IMG/VR virus record: IMGVR_UViG_3300029079_000044
DNA length: 17,538 bases
Direction: 5' to 3' (one strand)
Source of the DNA: a virus
Lineage: Duplodnaviria > Heunggongvirae > Uroviricota > Caudoviricetes
Part shown: in pieces, positions 7,946-15,560 of the stretch
Layout: every line of letters begins with the position of its first letter
How positions within the stretch are numbered: the stretch's first letter is position 1
Translations under genes and position numbers: made by a program
The notes under the pieces: model-generated
The model's input: the letters and a program-made list of their open reading frames with translations, nothing else
The model's database searches: none
Told to the model about the DNA's origin: nothing

Positions 7946-8970
7946 AAATGTTAAAGCTTGAAGAATTATTAGAGTATGCTGAGCAACTTAAGGATGATGA
8001 TGCGGCGAAAATATCGTTGTATTTCATTACTAGACATCTTAAAGCGGGTATGAGTAGAACCGCAAGAGTTGTTGATAAATTCGATTTTAAAATCATTAAA
8101 GCTCCAATCGCTCCAGATATTGCTAAATTTTTTAAGTATACTTTATCAAACCAGATTATTTCTCATGCTTCGAAAGATGATATTGTGATGAAAAAGTATA
8201 CTGTTATTGATGATGATATTGATAATAAGATTTATGCCTATGCTATGAATAACGCGATATCGTTTTCAAAAGTTATTAATAACGATATAAAGAATGATAA
8301 ACCAGTTGTACTTACCTCTCTTGCTGAGGTTCAGAATGATTTGTGGGCCTATTGTATTAAAGTCCAAAAGGGGGCTGACGTCACTTATTCTTTCCGAAAA
8401 ATCAGCAGGGGGAAAGTCACAACAAATGAACCACAAAATATGACTCAGCGCGTATTCGCTTTGTTTGATAAAACAGATAAAGAGTTAAGATCATTTGATG
8501 GCAGCGCAGTCAATTTTGATGACAAAATCGATTGTGTTTATATAAAAGATCAATTTTATGTATTTCATAAGAAAAGTTTTGAGGCTATTGTAGGCTTGGA
8601 GGTTGAGTTTACAGAAGCTGCACAAAAAACATTAAATACAATTAAAGAACTTGATCTTATTGAAGGTTTAGATGTTATTGAACAAGCTATTCTTCATAAG
8701 CCATCACTGAGAAAAATTCTCACTCATATCGCTGAGAAAGGTAACCATACGGTTCTGGAAAAGAATGATGTTCAAGCTATGAATGATGTGCTAAAAATGT
8801 TTCAGAACGAAGAGTTTAAGACCAATGAGCATGGTAAATTAGTCATAGAAGATGAGAGGCAAGGAAGAAACTTTCTCAAACTGTTAAATGATTATTATAA
8901 ACAAGGCATGACTACAAAAAAATACTATGGTACGGATAGCGGAAATGTGATTAACCCTATTAAGGCGTAA
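7942..8970 (+). CDS. Soluble 342-aa protein of unknown function, translationally coupled to the upstream membrane protein; candidate defence effector/sensor (KwaB-like size)
   Basis: Track ORF; ATGA start/stop overlap at 7942-7945; AT-rich codon usage unlike the flanking genes; no catalytic motif recognisable by eye. Confidence 0.7.
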   Translation: MKMLKLEELLEYAEQLKDDDAAKISLYFITRHLKAGMSRTARVVDKFDFKIIKAPIAPDIAKFFKYTLSNQIISHASKDDIVMKKYTVIDDDIDNKIYAYAMNNAISFSKVINNDIKNDKPVVLTSLAEVQNDLWAYCIKVQKGADVTYSFRKISRGKVTTNEPQNMTQRVFALFDKTDKELRSFDGSAVNFDDKIDCVYIKDQFYVFHKKSFEAIVGLEVEFTEAAQKTLNTIKELDLIEGLDVIEQAILHKPSLRKILTHIAEKGNHTVLEKNDVQAMNDVLKMFQNEEFKTNEHGKLVIEDERQGRNFLKLLNDYYKQGMTTKKYYGTDSGNVINPIKA

Positions 8971-9198
8971 AGCATATACTATATCTGGAACTGAAATACC
9001 AGCCGCCATCAGAAAGAACTGATGGGGCTTACAAATAGTAAGTAAATATAAAATGTTAAGGTATTTTTCATGCAAAAATGAAAATCATTGGCACAAATTA
9101 GAAACTAAGTAAATTGCTAATACTAATAACTTATTATTCTACTTACTATTTGCATGGAGTTGTTGTGAATTGCTGGAAAGGTGGGTAATGTTTTTGTA

Positions 9199-9237
9199 GA
9201 ATCACGGCGGGTGCTTGAGGCTATCTGCCTCGGGCAC
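9199..9237 (+). promoter_or_regulatory. Conserved -10-like hexamer (TAGAAT) plus hairpin motif copy B
   Basis: GCGGGTGCTTGAGGCTATCTGCCTCGGGCA at 9207-9236 is 26/30 identical to copy A at 7188-7217; forms an 11-bp stem GTGCTTGAGGC/GCCTCGGGCAC with loop tatct; sits at the right boundary of the AT-rich cassette. Confidence 0.4.
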
Positions 9238-9399
9238 GAACACCAAAGGCAGATAGAGAAAAGCCCCAGTTAACATTACGCGTCCTGCAAGACGCTTAAC
9301 ATTAATCTGAGGCCAATTTCATGCTAGACACATGTAGGTTAGCCTCTTACGTGCCGAAAGGCACGGAGAAGCAGGCTATTGTTAACACCAAGCTGTAAT

Positions 9400-10900
9400 G
9401 TCCCCTTTGAACCATTCTAAAATGTCCCCAGACAATTCTCTGGGGGATTTTTCATGATCAAAGAGACTGTTACGATGAGTCATAAGGAACTCCACCGACT
9501 TCAGATTATTCAGGAACAAGCTGCGGCACGCATTGGCATTTCTATTCGGCAGGTTAAACGTCTGGTGCAACGGTATAGAAATGAAGGGCCTTCTGGTCTG
9601 GTTTCCCACCGACGTGGAAAGCGTCCTAATAATTCCTTTTCTACTGAATTCAGAGCAACAGTAATTTCACTCCTCAAAGGCCGTTACGCTGATTTTGGAC
9701 CTACGTTTGCGTGCGAAAAATTGCGCGAGATACACGGTTTATCTTTATCCGTTGAAACTCTCAGAAAGTGGATGATAGAAGAGGGGTTATGGCGTGAACG
9801 CCGTCGTAAAATTGCCCGTATATATCAACGCCGCATGCGACGACCATCTTACGGTGAACTGATCCAGATTGATGGCTCACCTCATGACTGGTTTGAAAAT
9901 CGAGGCCCCAGATGTACACTGATCGTTTTCATTGATGATGCCACCAGTGCGTTGATGGCGTTGCGTTTTGTGCCTGCTGAAACAACCCGGGCTTACATGG
10001 AAACCCTCCGGGGTTACCTTAATGATCATGGCGTACCGCTCGCTCTCTACTCTGATAGACACAGTATATTCAGGGTAAATAACCCAGAGCGGGAAGGTGA
10101 GCTGACCCAGTTCACTCGTGCGATAAAGACACTGGGCATCGAGCCAATCCATGCCAACAGCCCGCAGGCAAAAGGGCGGGTAGAGCGCGCCAATCAGACA
10201 CTACAGGACAGGCTGGTCAAAGAAATGCGGCTTCAGAATATCAGTGATATTGAAACAGCAAATGCATGGTTGCCGACCTTTATTGAAGCCTATAACAACC
10301 GGTTCGCTACGTCGCCTCGTACTACTGATAATGCTCATCTTGATGTGCACCATTCTGAAGAGGAACTGGGTTATATCTTCAGCCTACAGGCGAAGCGCGT
10401 TCTGTCTAAAAATCTCACTTTCCAGTACAAAAGCAGTGCGTTTCAGGTACGCAGTGAGGGCCGGGGATATCGACTTAGGCATTCGGTTGTTACTGTATGC
10501 GAGAACTTTGACGGTGAAATTAACGTTCTGTATGACGGGAAAGCGCTGGGCTGGGAAAAGTATGTTGATGGCCCGGAGCCTATACCACTGGATGATGAAA
10601 AGAGTGTCCATGAACGAGTGGATAATGCCCGTATTGATTTACGCTCAAAATACTATGTTAAACCTAAAGCTGACCATCCCTGGCTTACGCGCCGAACGCA
10701 AAGTCATCAGCAAGTTAAGCCCCCGAAGTTACCTAAAAAGAAGCCTGATCCCGATAAAAAAGATTGAAACCAAGATCGATTCGGTTGAGTGCATATCCAT
10801 TCATAGGGTAGATTCTTAAGTCGCGTTTCTGGTGTTCATTTTCGGGTGGTTTGTTACTTGTTTTACCGGGGATATGCCAGAAACGCGCTGAGTCAGTCTG
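9400..10900 (+). mobile_element. Insertion sequence carrying one DDE transposase gene (IS481/ISNCY-like); ends approximate
   Basis: Single 437-aa transposase ORF; terminal inverted repeats could not be resolved by eye, so these bounds are a guess of ORF plus about 50-130 bp each side. Confidence 0.35.
9454..10767 (+). CDS. DDE transposase with N-terminal HTH and rve integrase core (IS481/ISNCY-family-like), 437 aa
   Basis: Track ORF; N-terminal HTH (ARIGISIRQVKRLVQRYRNEG); catalytic-triad candidates in IQIDGS, YSDRHS and KGRVERANQTLQ; lysine/proline-rich basic C-terminus. Confidence 0.8.
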   Translation: MIKETVTMSHKELHRLQIIQEQAAARIGISIRQVKRLVQRYRNEGPSGLVSHRRGKRPNNSFSTEFRATVISLLKGRYADFGPTFACEKLREIHGLSLSVETLRKWMIEEGLWRERRRKIARIYQRRMRRPSYGELIQIDGSPHDWFENRGPRCTLIVFIDDATSALMALRFVPAETTRAYMETLRGYLNDHGVPLALYSDRHSIFRVNNPEREGELTQFTRAIKTLGIEPIHANSPQAKGRVERANQTLQDRLVKEMRLQNISDIETANAWLPTFIEAYNNRFATSPRTTDNAHLDVHHSEEELGYIFSLQAKRVLSKNLTFQYKSSAFQVRSEGRGYRLRHSVVTVCENFDGEINVLYDGKALGWEKYVDGPEPIPLDDEKSVHERVDNARIDLRSKYYVKPKADHPWLTRRTQSHQQVKPPKLPKKKPDPDKKD

Positions 10901-11203
10901 GGCGGTGCGCGTAATGAGGCGTTATGGTAAATAGCCTATGCTAATGTCCGCTAAGAGCAAGAAGCGGAAGTTGGCAGTTTTGTGGACTGTCCCCACAAAA
11001 GTGACTACAGAAATAGTTGCAATTCATAATTGATCATGGGTTGTCAGTTAAACTCGTGGCGATTTAAATAGACTAATTGGGAGTGCGTCCATTACTTATA
11101 TCTTGTAATGTTAACTATCAGAAATGATACAAAGATAATATGTCTTTAAAGAAAAGGCTGATGGCGAAAAGTGGCCCGATGAGGGCCACAATACGGCTGT
11201 CAC

Positions 11204-11536
11204 TTAGACGTAAATATCAATGGTGCCAGCGGTATTTGTATCGTCTTTTTTCTCTTCTTTTTTATCAGGCTGAACTGTCGCGTCTTCATTCTTTTTCTCT
11301 GCCTGCTGCCTTAACAACTGCTCCAGTTGAGCCCAGAGGCTTTCAATTTGCTTCTGTACCAATGCAGCCATTTCTTTTTTCTGCTGTGTCGTCATCCCCT
11401 CTTCCGATGAGATTTTCCCAAGCTTTTCAGTCAGCACCTGAATTTGTCTTGTGATTTTGGCTATTTCTGATGTTCCTTCCGGGGCGGAGTTGTTTGAAAT
11501 AACGGTTGAGGTATTTCCCTGAATTGTGACAGACAT
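11204..11536 (-). CDS. flxA: FlxA-like protein (110 aa)
   Basis: Track ORF MSVTIQGNTS...; AGGAG Shine-Dalgarno; preceded by a near-consensus sigma-28 promoter; position next to relB as in Qin. Confidence 0.7.
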   Translation of the reverse strand: MSVTIQGNTSTVISNNSAPEGTSEIAKITRQIQVLTEKLGKISSEEGMTTQQKKEMAALVQKQIESLWAQLEQLLRQQAEKKNEDATVQPDKKEEKKDDTNTAGTIDIYV

Positions 11537-11559
11537 AGATTTCTCCTTTTAAAAAAGCA

Positions 11560-11586
11560 CTATCGGCATGCACAAAAAAATCTTTA
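11560..11586 (-). promoter_or_regulatory. Sigma-28 (FliA) class-3 promoter for flxA
   Basis: Minus strand reads TAAAGATT, 11 nt, GCCGATAG against the consensus TAAAGTTT-N11-GCCGATAA; the -10 element lies about 24 nt upstream of the flxA ATG. Confidence 0.6.
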
Positions 11587-11738
11587 ATCGTATTTCTTGT
11601 GTCATTAATTGTTTGATGTTCAGATTGTTTTCCTCGCGGGCTGGCGCGCCTCAGAAAGTAAAGCTTGTTGACAGGGGTAAACGTTCGGCAATAATTTTCT
11701 GCCGCATGCGGGTGTTGCATAAAACGTGTTACGTTCCT

Positions 11739-12044
11739 TTATCGACAGTTCAGGTCACCGCTCACCCGCCGACGAGAAAGCAACACTGACATGCTAAAGC
11801 AAAAAATAGATGAATAAGTTGAGTTGTGCATATGTAGCCTGACCGTCACAAAGTATATGGTGTCTGTACCAGTAAGATGATGGCCGGACTCTTTAAAAAC
11901 GAGCTGACCTGCACAATACAGGATGGACTTAGCAATGGCTGCTCCTGGCACAAAGCGGACAGTGATCACCGTTCTTACGACTACTTTCTGACTTCCTTCG
12001 TGACTTGCCCTAAGCATGTTGTAGTGCGATACTTGTAATGACAT
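11739..12044 (-). CDS. YdfV-like hypothetical ORF (101 aa), doubtful
   Basis: Track ORF with size and position like ydfV between flxA and relB; no convincing Shine-Dalgarno; start lies inside the relBE promoter/operator. Confidence 0.3.
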   Translation of the reverse strand: MSLQVSHYNMLRASHEGSQKVVVRTVITVRFVPGAAIAKSILYCAGQLVFKESGHHLTGTDTIYFVTVRLHMHNSTYSSIFCFSMSVLLSRRRVSGDLNCR

Positions 12045-12060
12045 TTGTAATTACAAGAGG
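12004..12060 (+). promoter_or_regulatory. relBE promoter and relO operator
   Basis: TTGCCC, 17 nt, GATACT, then repeated TTGTAAT/ATTACAA hexads (cttgtaatgacatttgtaattacaag) directly upstream of relB. Confidence 0.6.
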
Positions 12061-12068
12061 TGTAAGAC

Positions 12069-12308
12069 ATGGGTAGCATTAACCTGCGTATTGACGATGA
12101 ACTTAAAGCGCGTTCTTACGCCGCGCTTGAAAAAATGGGTGTAACTCCTTCTGAAGCGCTTCGTCTCATGCTCGAGTATATCGCTGACAATGAACGCTTG
12201 CCGTTCAAACAGACACTCCTGAGTGATGAAGATGCTGAACTTGTGGAGATAGTGAAAGAACGGCTTCGTAATCCTAAGCCAGTACGTGTGACGCTGGATG
12301 AACTCTGA
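12069..12308 (+). CDS. relB: RelB antitoxin (79 aa)
   Basis: MGSINLRIDDELKARSYA...PKPVRVTLDEL matches RelB as I recall it; AGAGG Shine-Dalgarno; TGATG overlap with relE. Confidence 0.9.
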   Translation: MGSINLRIDDELKARSYAALEKMGVTPSEALRLMLEYIADNERLPFKQTLLSDEDAELVEIVKERLRNPKPVRVTLDEL

Positions 12309-12595
12309 TGGCGTATTTTCTGGATTTTGACGAGCGGGCACTAAAGGAATGGCGAAAGCTGGGCTCGACGGTACGTGAACAGTTGAAAAAGAAGCTGGTT
12401 GAAGTACTTGAGTCACCCCGGATTGAAGCAAACAAGCTCCGTGGTATGCCTGATTGTTACAAGATTAAGCTCCGGTCTTCAGGCTATCGCCTTGTATACC
12501 AGGTTATAGACGAGAAAGTTGTCGTTTTCGTGATTTCTGTTGGGAAAAGAGAACGCTCGGAAGTATATAGCGAGGCGGTCAAACGCATTCTCTGA
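12308..12595 (+). CDS. relE: RelE mRNA interferase toxin (95 aa)
   Basis: MAYFLDFDERALKEWRKLGSTVR...VYSEAVKRIL matches RelE as I recall it. Confidence 0.9.
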   Translation: MAYFLDFDERALKEWRKLGSTVREQLKKKLVEVLESPRIEANKLRGMPDCYKIKLRSSGYRLVYQVIDEKVVVFVISVGKRERSEVYSEAVKRIL

Positions 12596-12666
12596 ACCAA
12601 AGCATGACATCTCTGTTTCGCACCGAAGGTGACACTTCTGCTTTGCGTTGACAGGAGAAGCAGGCT

Positions 12667-12822
12667 ATGAAGCAGCAAAAGGCGATGTTAATCGCCCTGA
12701 TCGTCATCTGTTTAACCGTCATAGTGACGGCACTGGTAACGAGGAAAGACCTCTGCGAGGTACGAATCCGAACCGGCCAGACGGAGGTCGCTGTCTTCAC
12801 AGCTTACGAACCTGAGGAGTAA
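12667..12822 (+). CDS. hokD: Hok-family membrane toxin HokD/RelF (51 aa)
   Basis: Hand-translated MKQQKAMLIALIVICLTVIVTALVTRKDLCEVRIRTGQTEVAVFTAYEPEE; below the track length cutoff; follows relE as in the relBEF operon. Confidence 0.8.
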   Translation: MKQQKAMLIALIVICLTVIVTALVTRKDLCEVRIRTGQTEVAVFTAYEPEE

Positions 12823-12890
12823 GAGACCCGGCGGGGGAGAAATCCCTCGCCACCTCTGATGTGGCAGGCATCCTCAACGCACCCGCACTT

Positions 12891-12917
12891 AACCCGCTTC
12901 GGCGGGTTTTTGTTTTT
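12891..12917 (+). terminator. Rho-independent terminator after hokD
   Basis: aaCCCGCttcgGCGGGtttttgttttt: GC stem, 4-nt loop, U-run. Confidence 0.6.
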
Positions 12918-12930
12918 ATTTTCAACGCGT

Positions 12931-12960
12931 TTGAAGTTCTGGACGGTGCCGGAATAGAAT
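12931..12960 (+). promoter_or_regulatory. Sigma-70-like promoter upstream of rem
   Basis: TTGAAG, 18 nt, TAGAAT. Confidence 0.4.
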
Positions 12961-13038
12961 CAAAAATACTTAAGTAGCGCGCAGGGATAAGAGGGATGGT
13001 CCCTTAAAGGGGAGAGCTAATTATCCGGAAGGATTCTG

Positions 13039-13290
13039 ATGATGAACATCGAAGAACTGCGTAAAATTTTTTGTGAAGATGGCCTCTATGCTGTGTGCGT
13101 TGAAAATGGAAATCTTGTTAGTCATTACCGCATTATGTGTTTGCGAAAGAATGGGGCTGCGTTAATTAATTTTGTGGATGCTCGGGTCACGGACGGATTT
13201 ATCTTGCGCGAAGGTGAGTTTGTCACTTCATTACAGGCATTGAAAGAGATCGGAATAAAAGCTGGCTTTTCTGCTTTTTCAGGAGAATAA
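13039..13290 (+). CDS. rem: Rem-like small protein (83 aa)
   Basis: Track ORF; size and position (between hokD and ydfU) as in Qin. Confidence 0.5.
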   Translation: MMNIEELRKIFCEDGLYAVCVENGNLVSHYRIMCLRKNGAALINFVDARVTDGFILREGEFVTSLQALKEIGIKAGFSAFSGE

Positions 13291-13356
13291 ACTCATCTAC
13301 AATCTTGCGCGGGGCTGAACTCCCGCTGAGTAACACCGTGCCACCGGAGAAAACCG

Positions 13357-13635
13357 ATGGCACGCAACGCAAAATATTACAATTCTGATAATTCGCCCGT
13401 TCTTGCCTGCACGCACGGGCGGTATTCTCACGCATTCAAGTCTGAATGGTTCCAGCACCCTCCATGCACTGCAGAACAGGCCGAATGGCTGATTCATTCT
13501 TACCGCAGGCGCGGGTTCGAGGTTAAGAAAGCTCTCAGTCTCGACTATCGGCACTGGATAATCTCTGTCAGGCTGCCTTATTCCGAACGCCCACCACGTG
13601 CGTCCCGCACTTTCCAGCAACGGATCTGGAGGTAA
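13357..13635 (+). CDS. Hypothetical Cys/His-containing protein (92 aa)
   Basis: Track ORF; GGAG 7 nt upstream of the ATG; its TAA stop lies 1 nt before the GTG start of the next gene. Confidence 0.45.
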   Translation: MARNAKYYNSDNSPVLACTHGRYSHAFKSEWFQHPPCTAEQAEWLIHSYRRRGFEVKKALSLDYRHWIISVRLPYSERPPRASRTFQQRIWR

Positions 13636-13636
13636 C

Positions 13637-14686
13637 GTGCGGGTATTACTTAGACCTGTTCTGGTGCCTGAGCTTGGGCTGGTGGTCCTTAAGCCGGGCC
13701 GTGAATCCATACAGATATTTCATAATCCTCGAGTGCTGGTGGAACCGGAACCAAAAAGCATGCGTAATCTGCCATCCGGAGTCGTTCCTGCCGTTCGCCA
13801 GCCGCTGGCGGAAGACAAAACATTGCTGCCGTTTTTTAGTAACGAACGGGTGATTCGTGCTGCTGGCGGCGTTGGCGCATTGTCCGACTGGCTATTACGT
13901 CATGTTACATCCTGCCAGTGGCCTAATGGCGATTACCATCACACTGAAACAGTCATTCACCGTTATGGTACCGGCGCAATGGTGTTGTGCTGGCACTGCG
14001 ACAACCAACTGCGTGACCAGACATCGGAATCACTGGAGCTGCTTGCTCAACAAAATCTGACAGCATGGGTGATTGACGTCATCCGTCACGCAATAAGCGG
14101 TACGCAGGAGCGGGAATTATCTTTGGCTGAATTATCCTGGTGGGCGGTCTGCAATCAGGTGGTGGATGCACTACCTGAGGCTGTATCGCGTCGTTCGCTG
14201 GGATTACCAGCGGAAAAAATCTGCTCGGTGTACCGCGAAAGCGACATCGTACCGGGAGAGCAGACCGCCACCAGCATATTGAAACAACGCACAAAAAATC
14301 TTGCACCGTTGCCTTACGCCCACCAGCAACAAAAATCACCACAGGAAAAGACGGTGGTAAGCATCACCGTTGATCCAGAGTCTCCGGAATCTTTCATGAA
14401 GCTGCCTAAACGTCGCCGCTGGGTTAAGGAGAAATACACACGTTGGGTTAAGACACAGCCGTGTGCTTGCTGCGGTATGCCAGCCGACGATCCGCATCAT
14501 CTGATTGGTCACGGGCAGGGCGGAATGGGAACAAAAGCACATGATCTCTTTGTGTTGCCTTTGTGCAGAAAGCATCACAACGAGCTGCATACGGATACAG
14601 TGGCATTTGAAGATAAGTATGGCTCCCAACTGGAGCTGATATTTCGTTTTATCGATCGCGCGCTGGCAATTGGCGTACTGGCGTAA
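13637..14686 (+). CDS. ydfU: YdfU-like DUF968 protein (349 aa from GTG)
   Basis: Track ORF 13598..14686 trimmed to the GTG at 13637, which is preceded by GGAGG; length then matches ydfU as I recall it; C-terminal Cys/His cluster (CACCGMPADDPHHLIGHG...CRKHHNELH). Confidence 0.6.
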   Translation: MRVLLRPVLVPELGLVVLKPGRESIQIFHNPRVLVEPEPKSMRNLPSGVVPAVRQPLAEDKTLLPFFSNERVIRAAGGVGALSDWLLRHVTSCQWPNGDYHHTETVIHRYGTGAMVLCWHCDNQLRDQTSESLELLAQQNLTAWVIDVIRHAISGTQERELSLAELSWWAVCNQVVDALPEAVSRRSLGLPAEKICSVYRESDIVPGEQTATSILKQRTKNLAPLPYAHQQQKSPQEKTVVSITVDPESPESFMKLPKRRRWVKEKYTRWVKTQPCACCGMPADDPHHLIGHGQGGMGTKAHDLFVLPLCRKHHNELHTDTVAFEDKYGSQLELIFRFIDRALAIGVLA

Positions 14687-14699
14687 GTGGAGAACGAGC

Positions 14700-15452
14700 A
14701 TGAACCTTGAAGCCTTACCAAAATATTACTCCCCAAAATCTCCAAAATTGAGCGATGACGCTCCAGCGACAGGCACCGGTTGTTTAACAATTACGGATGT
14801 AATGGCAGCGCAGGGGATGGTGCAGTCGAAAGCACCACTTGGGTTGGCCTTATTTCTGGCAAAAGTTGGTGTTCAGGACCCTCAGTTTGCGATTGAAGGC
14901 CTGCTAAATTACGCGATGGCACTGGATAACCCGACATTGAACAAATTGAGTGAAGAAATCCGGTTACAGATTATTCCTTACCTCGTGAGTTTTGCCTTTG
15001 CTGATTACTCCAGGTCTGCGGCAAGTAAGGCTCGCTGTGAGCATTGTTCAGGTACGGGATTTTATAATGTATTGCGCGAAGTGGTGAAACACTACAGACG
15101 CGGGGAATCTGTAATCAAGGAAGAATGGGTGAAGGAACTATGTCAGCATTGCCATGGTAAGGGCGAAGCCAGCACAGCGTGCAGAGGGTGTAAGGGTAAA
15201 GGGATTGTTCTGGATGAAAAAAGAACCCGGTTTCATGGCGTACCGGTATATAAGATTTGTGGGCGTTGTAATGGAAACCGGTTTAGTCGTTTACCGACCA
15301 CGCTGGCACGACGTCATGTCCAGAAGCTGGTACCAGACCTGACCGATTATCAGTGGTATAAGGGGTATGCGGACGTCATTGGTAAACTGGTAACAAAGTG
15401 CTGGCAGGAAGAAGCATACGCGGAAGCGCAATTGAGGAAGGTGACGAGATAA
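14700..15452 (+). CDS. quuQ: Late-gene antiterminator Q (QuuQ-like, 250 aa) with CxxC zinc-finger motifs
   Basis: ATG at 14700 preceded by GGAG at 7-nt spacing; CEHCSGTG, CQHCHGKG, CRGCKGKG and CGRCNG motifs; followed by a late promoter and terminator. Confidence 0.75.
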   Translation: MNLEALPKYYSPKSPKLSDDAPATGTGCLTITDVMAAQGMVQSKAPLGLALFLAKVGVQDPQFAIEGLLNYAMALDNPTLNKLSEEIRLQIIPYLVSFAFADYSRSAASKARCEHCSGTGFYNVLREVVKHYRRGESVIKEEWVKELCQHCHGKGEASTACRGCKGKGIVLDEKRTRFHGVPVYKICGRCNGNRFSRLPTTLARRHVQKLVPDLTDYQWYKGYADVIGKLVTKCWQEEAYAEAQLRKVTR

Positions 15453-15483
15453 ATGATTTTTGCTGAAGATGGCGACATGATGT

Positions 15484-15512
15484 TTGCATTTTTCAAAAAA
15501 TATGGATAAAAT
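15484..15512 (+). promoter_or_regulatory. PR'-like late promoter (Q-utilisation region)
   Basis: TTGCAT, 17 nt, TAAAAT, 32 bp after the Q stop. Confidence 0.5.
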
Positions 15513-15560
15513 TTTTTCAACGATGGGCTTTGTATACCCGACGTTAAGAAAAAGTAGAAA

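Noticed and set aside
7186-9237. Integron attC sites as an explanation for the two hairpin repeats
   Set aside because: Neither copy shows the R''/R' core sites (RYYYAAC ... GTTRRRY) or the extrahelical-base architecture of attC, and there is no integron integrase in the window.
9321-9398. 25-codon ORF (MLDTCRLASYVPKGTEKQAIVNTKL) with a GAGG upstream
   Set aside because: Too short and with no conservation evidence; it lies inside the structured non-coding stretch and may be fortuitous, though a leader peptide cannot be excluded.
9207-9453. Retron msr/msd as an explanation for the structured region upstream of the transposase
   Set aside because: The downstream ORF is a DDE transposase, not a reverse transcriptase, and no RT gene is present anywhere in the window.
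10244-10819. 191-aa plus-strand ORF and a 75-aa minus-strand ORF (10384..10611)
   Set aside because: Both lie within or antisense to the transposase gene in alternative frames.
9380-11112. Terminal inverted repeats and target-site duplication of the IS (candidates TGTAATGT at 9393 and 11104)
   Set aside because: The candidate repeats are direct rather than inverted, and the sequences just inside them do not pair as IRs; the IS ends remain undetermined without a reference.
11140-11720. ORFs 11140..11454 (+) and 11427..11720 (-)
   Set aside because: The first is antisense to flxA; the second overlaps the flxA start and its sigma-28 promoter in another frame; neither has a ribosome-binding site.
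14079-14701. Minus-strand ORFs 14079..14342 and 14336..14701
   Set aside because: Antisense to the ydfU-like gene; no start signals.
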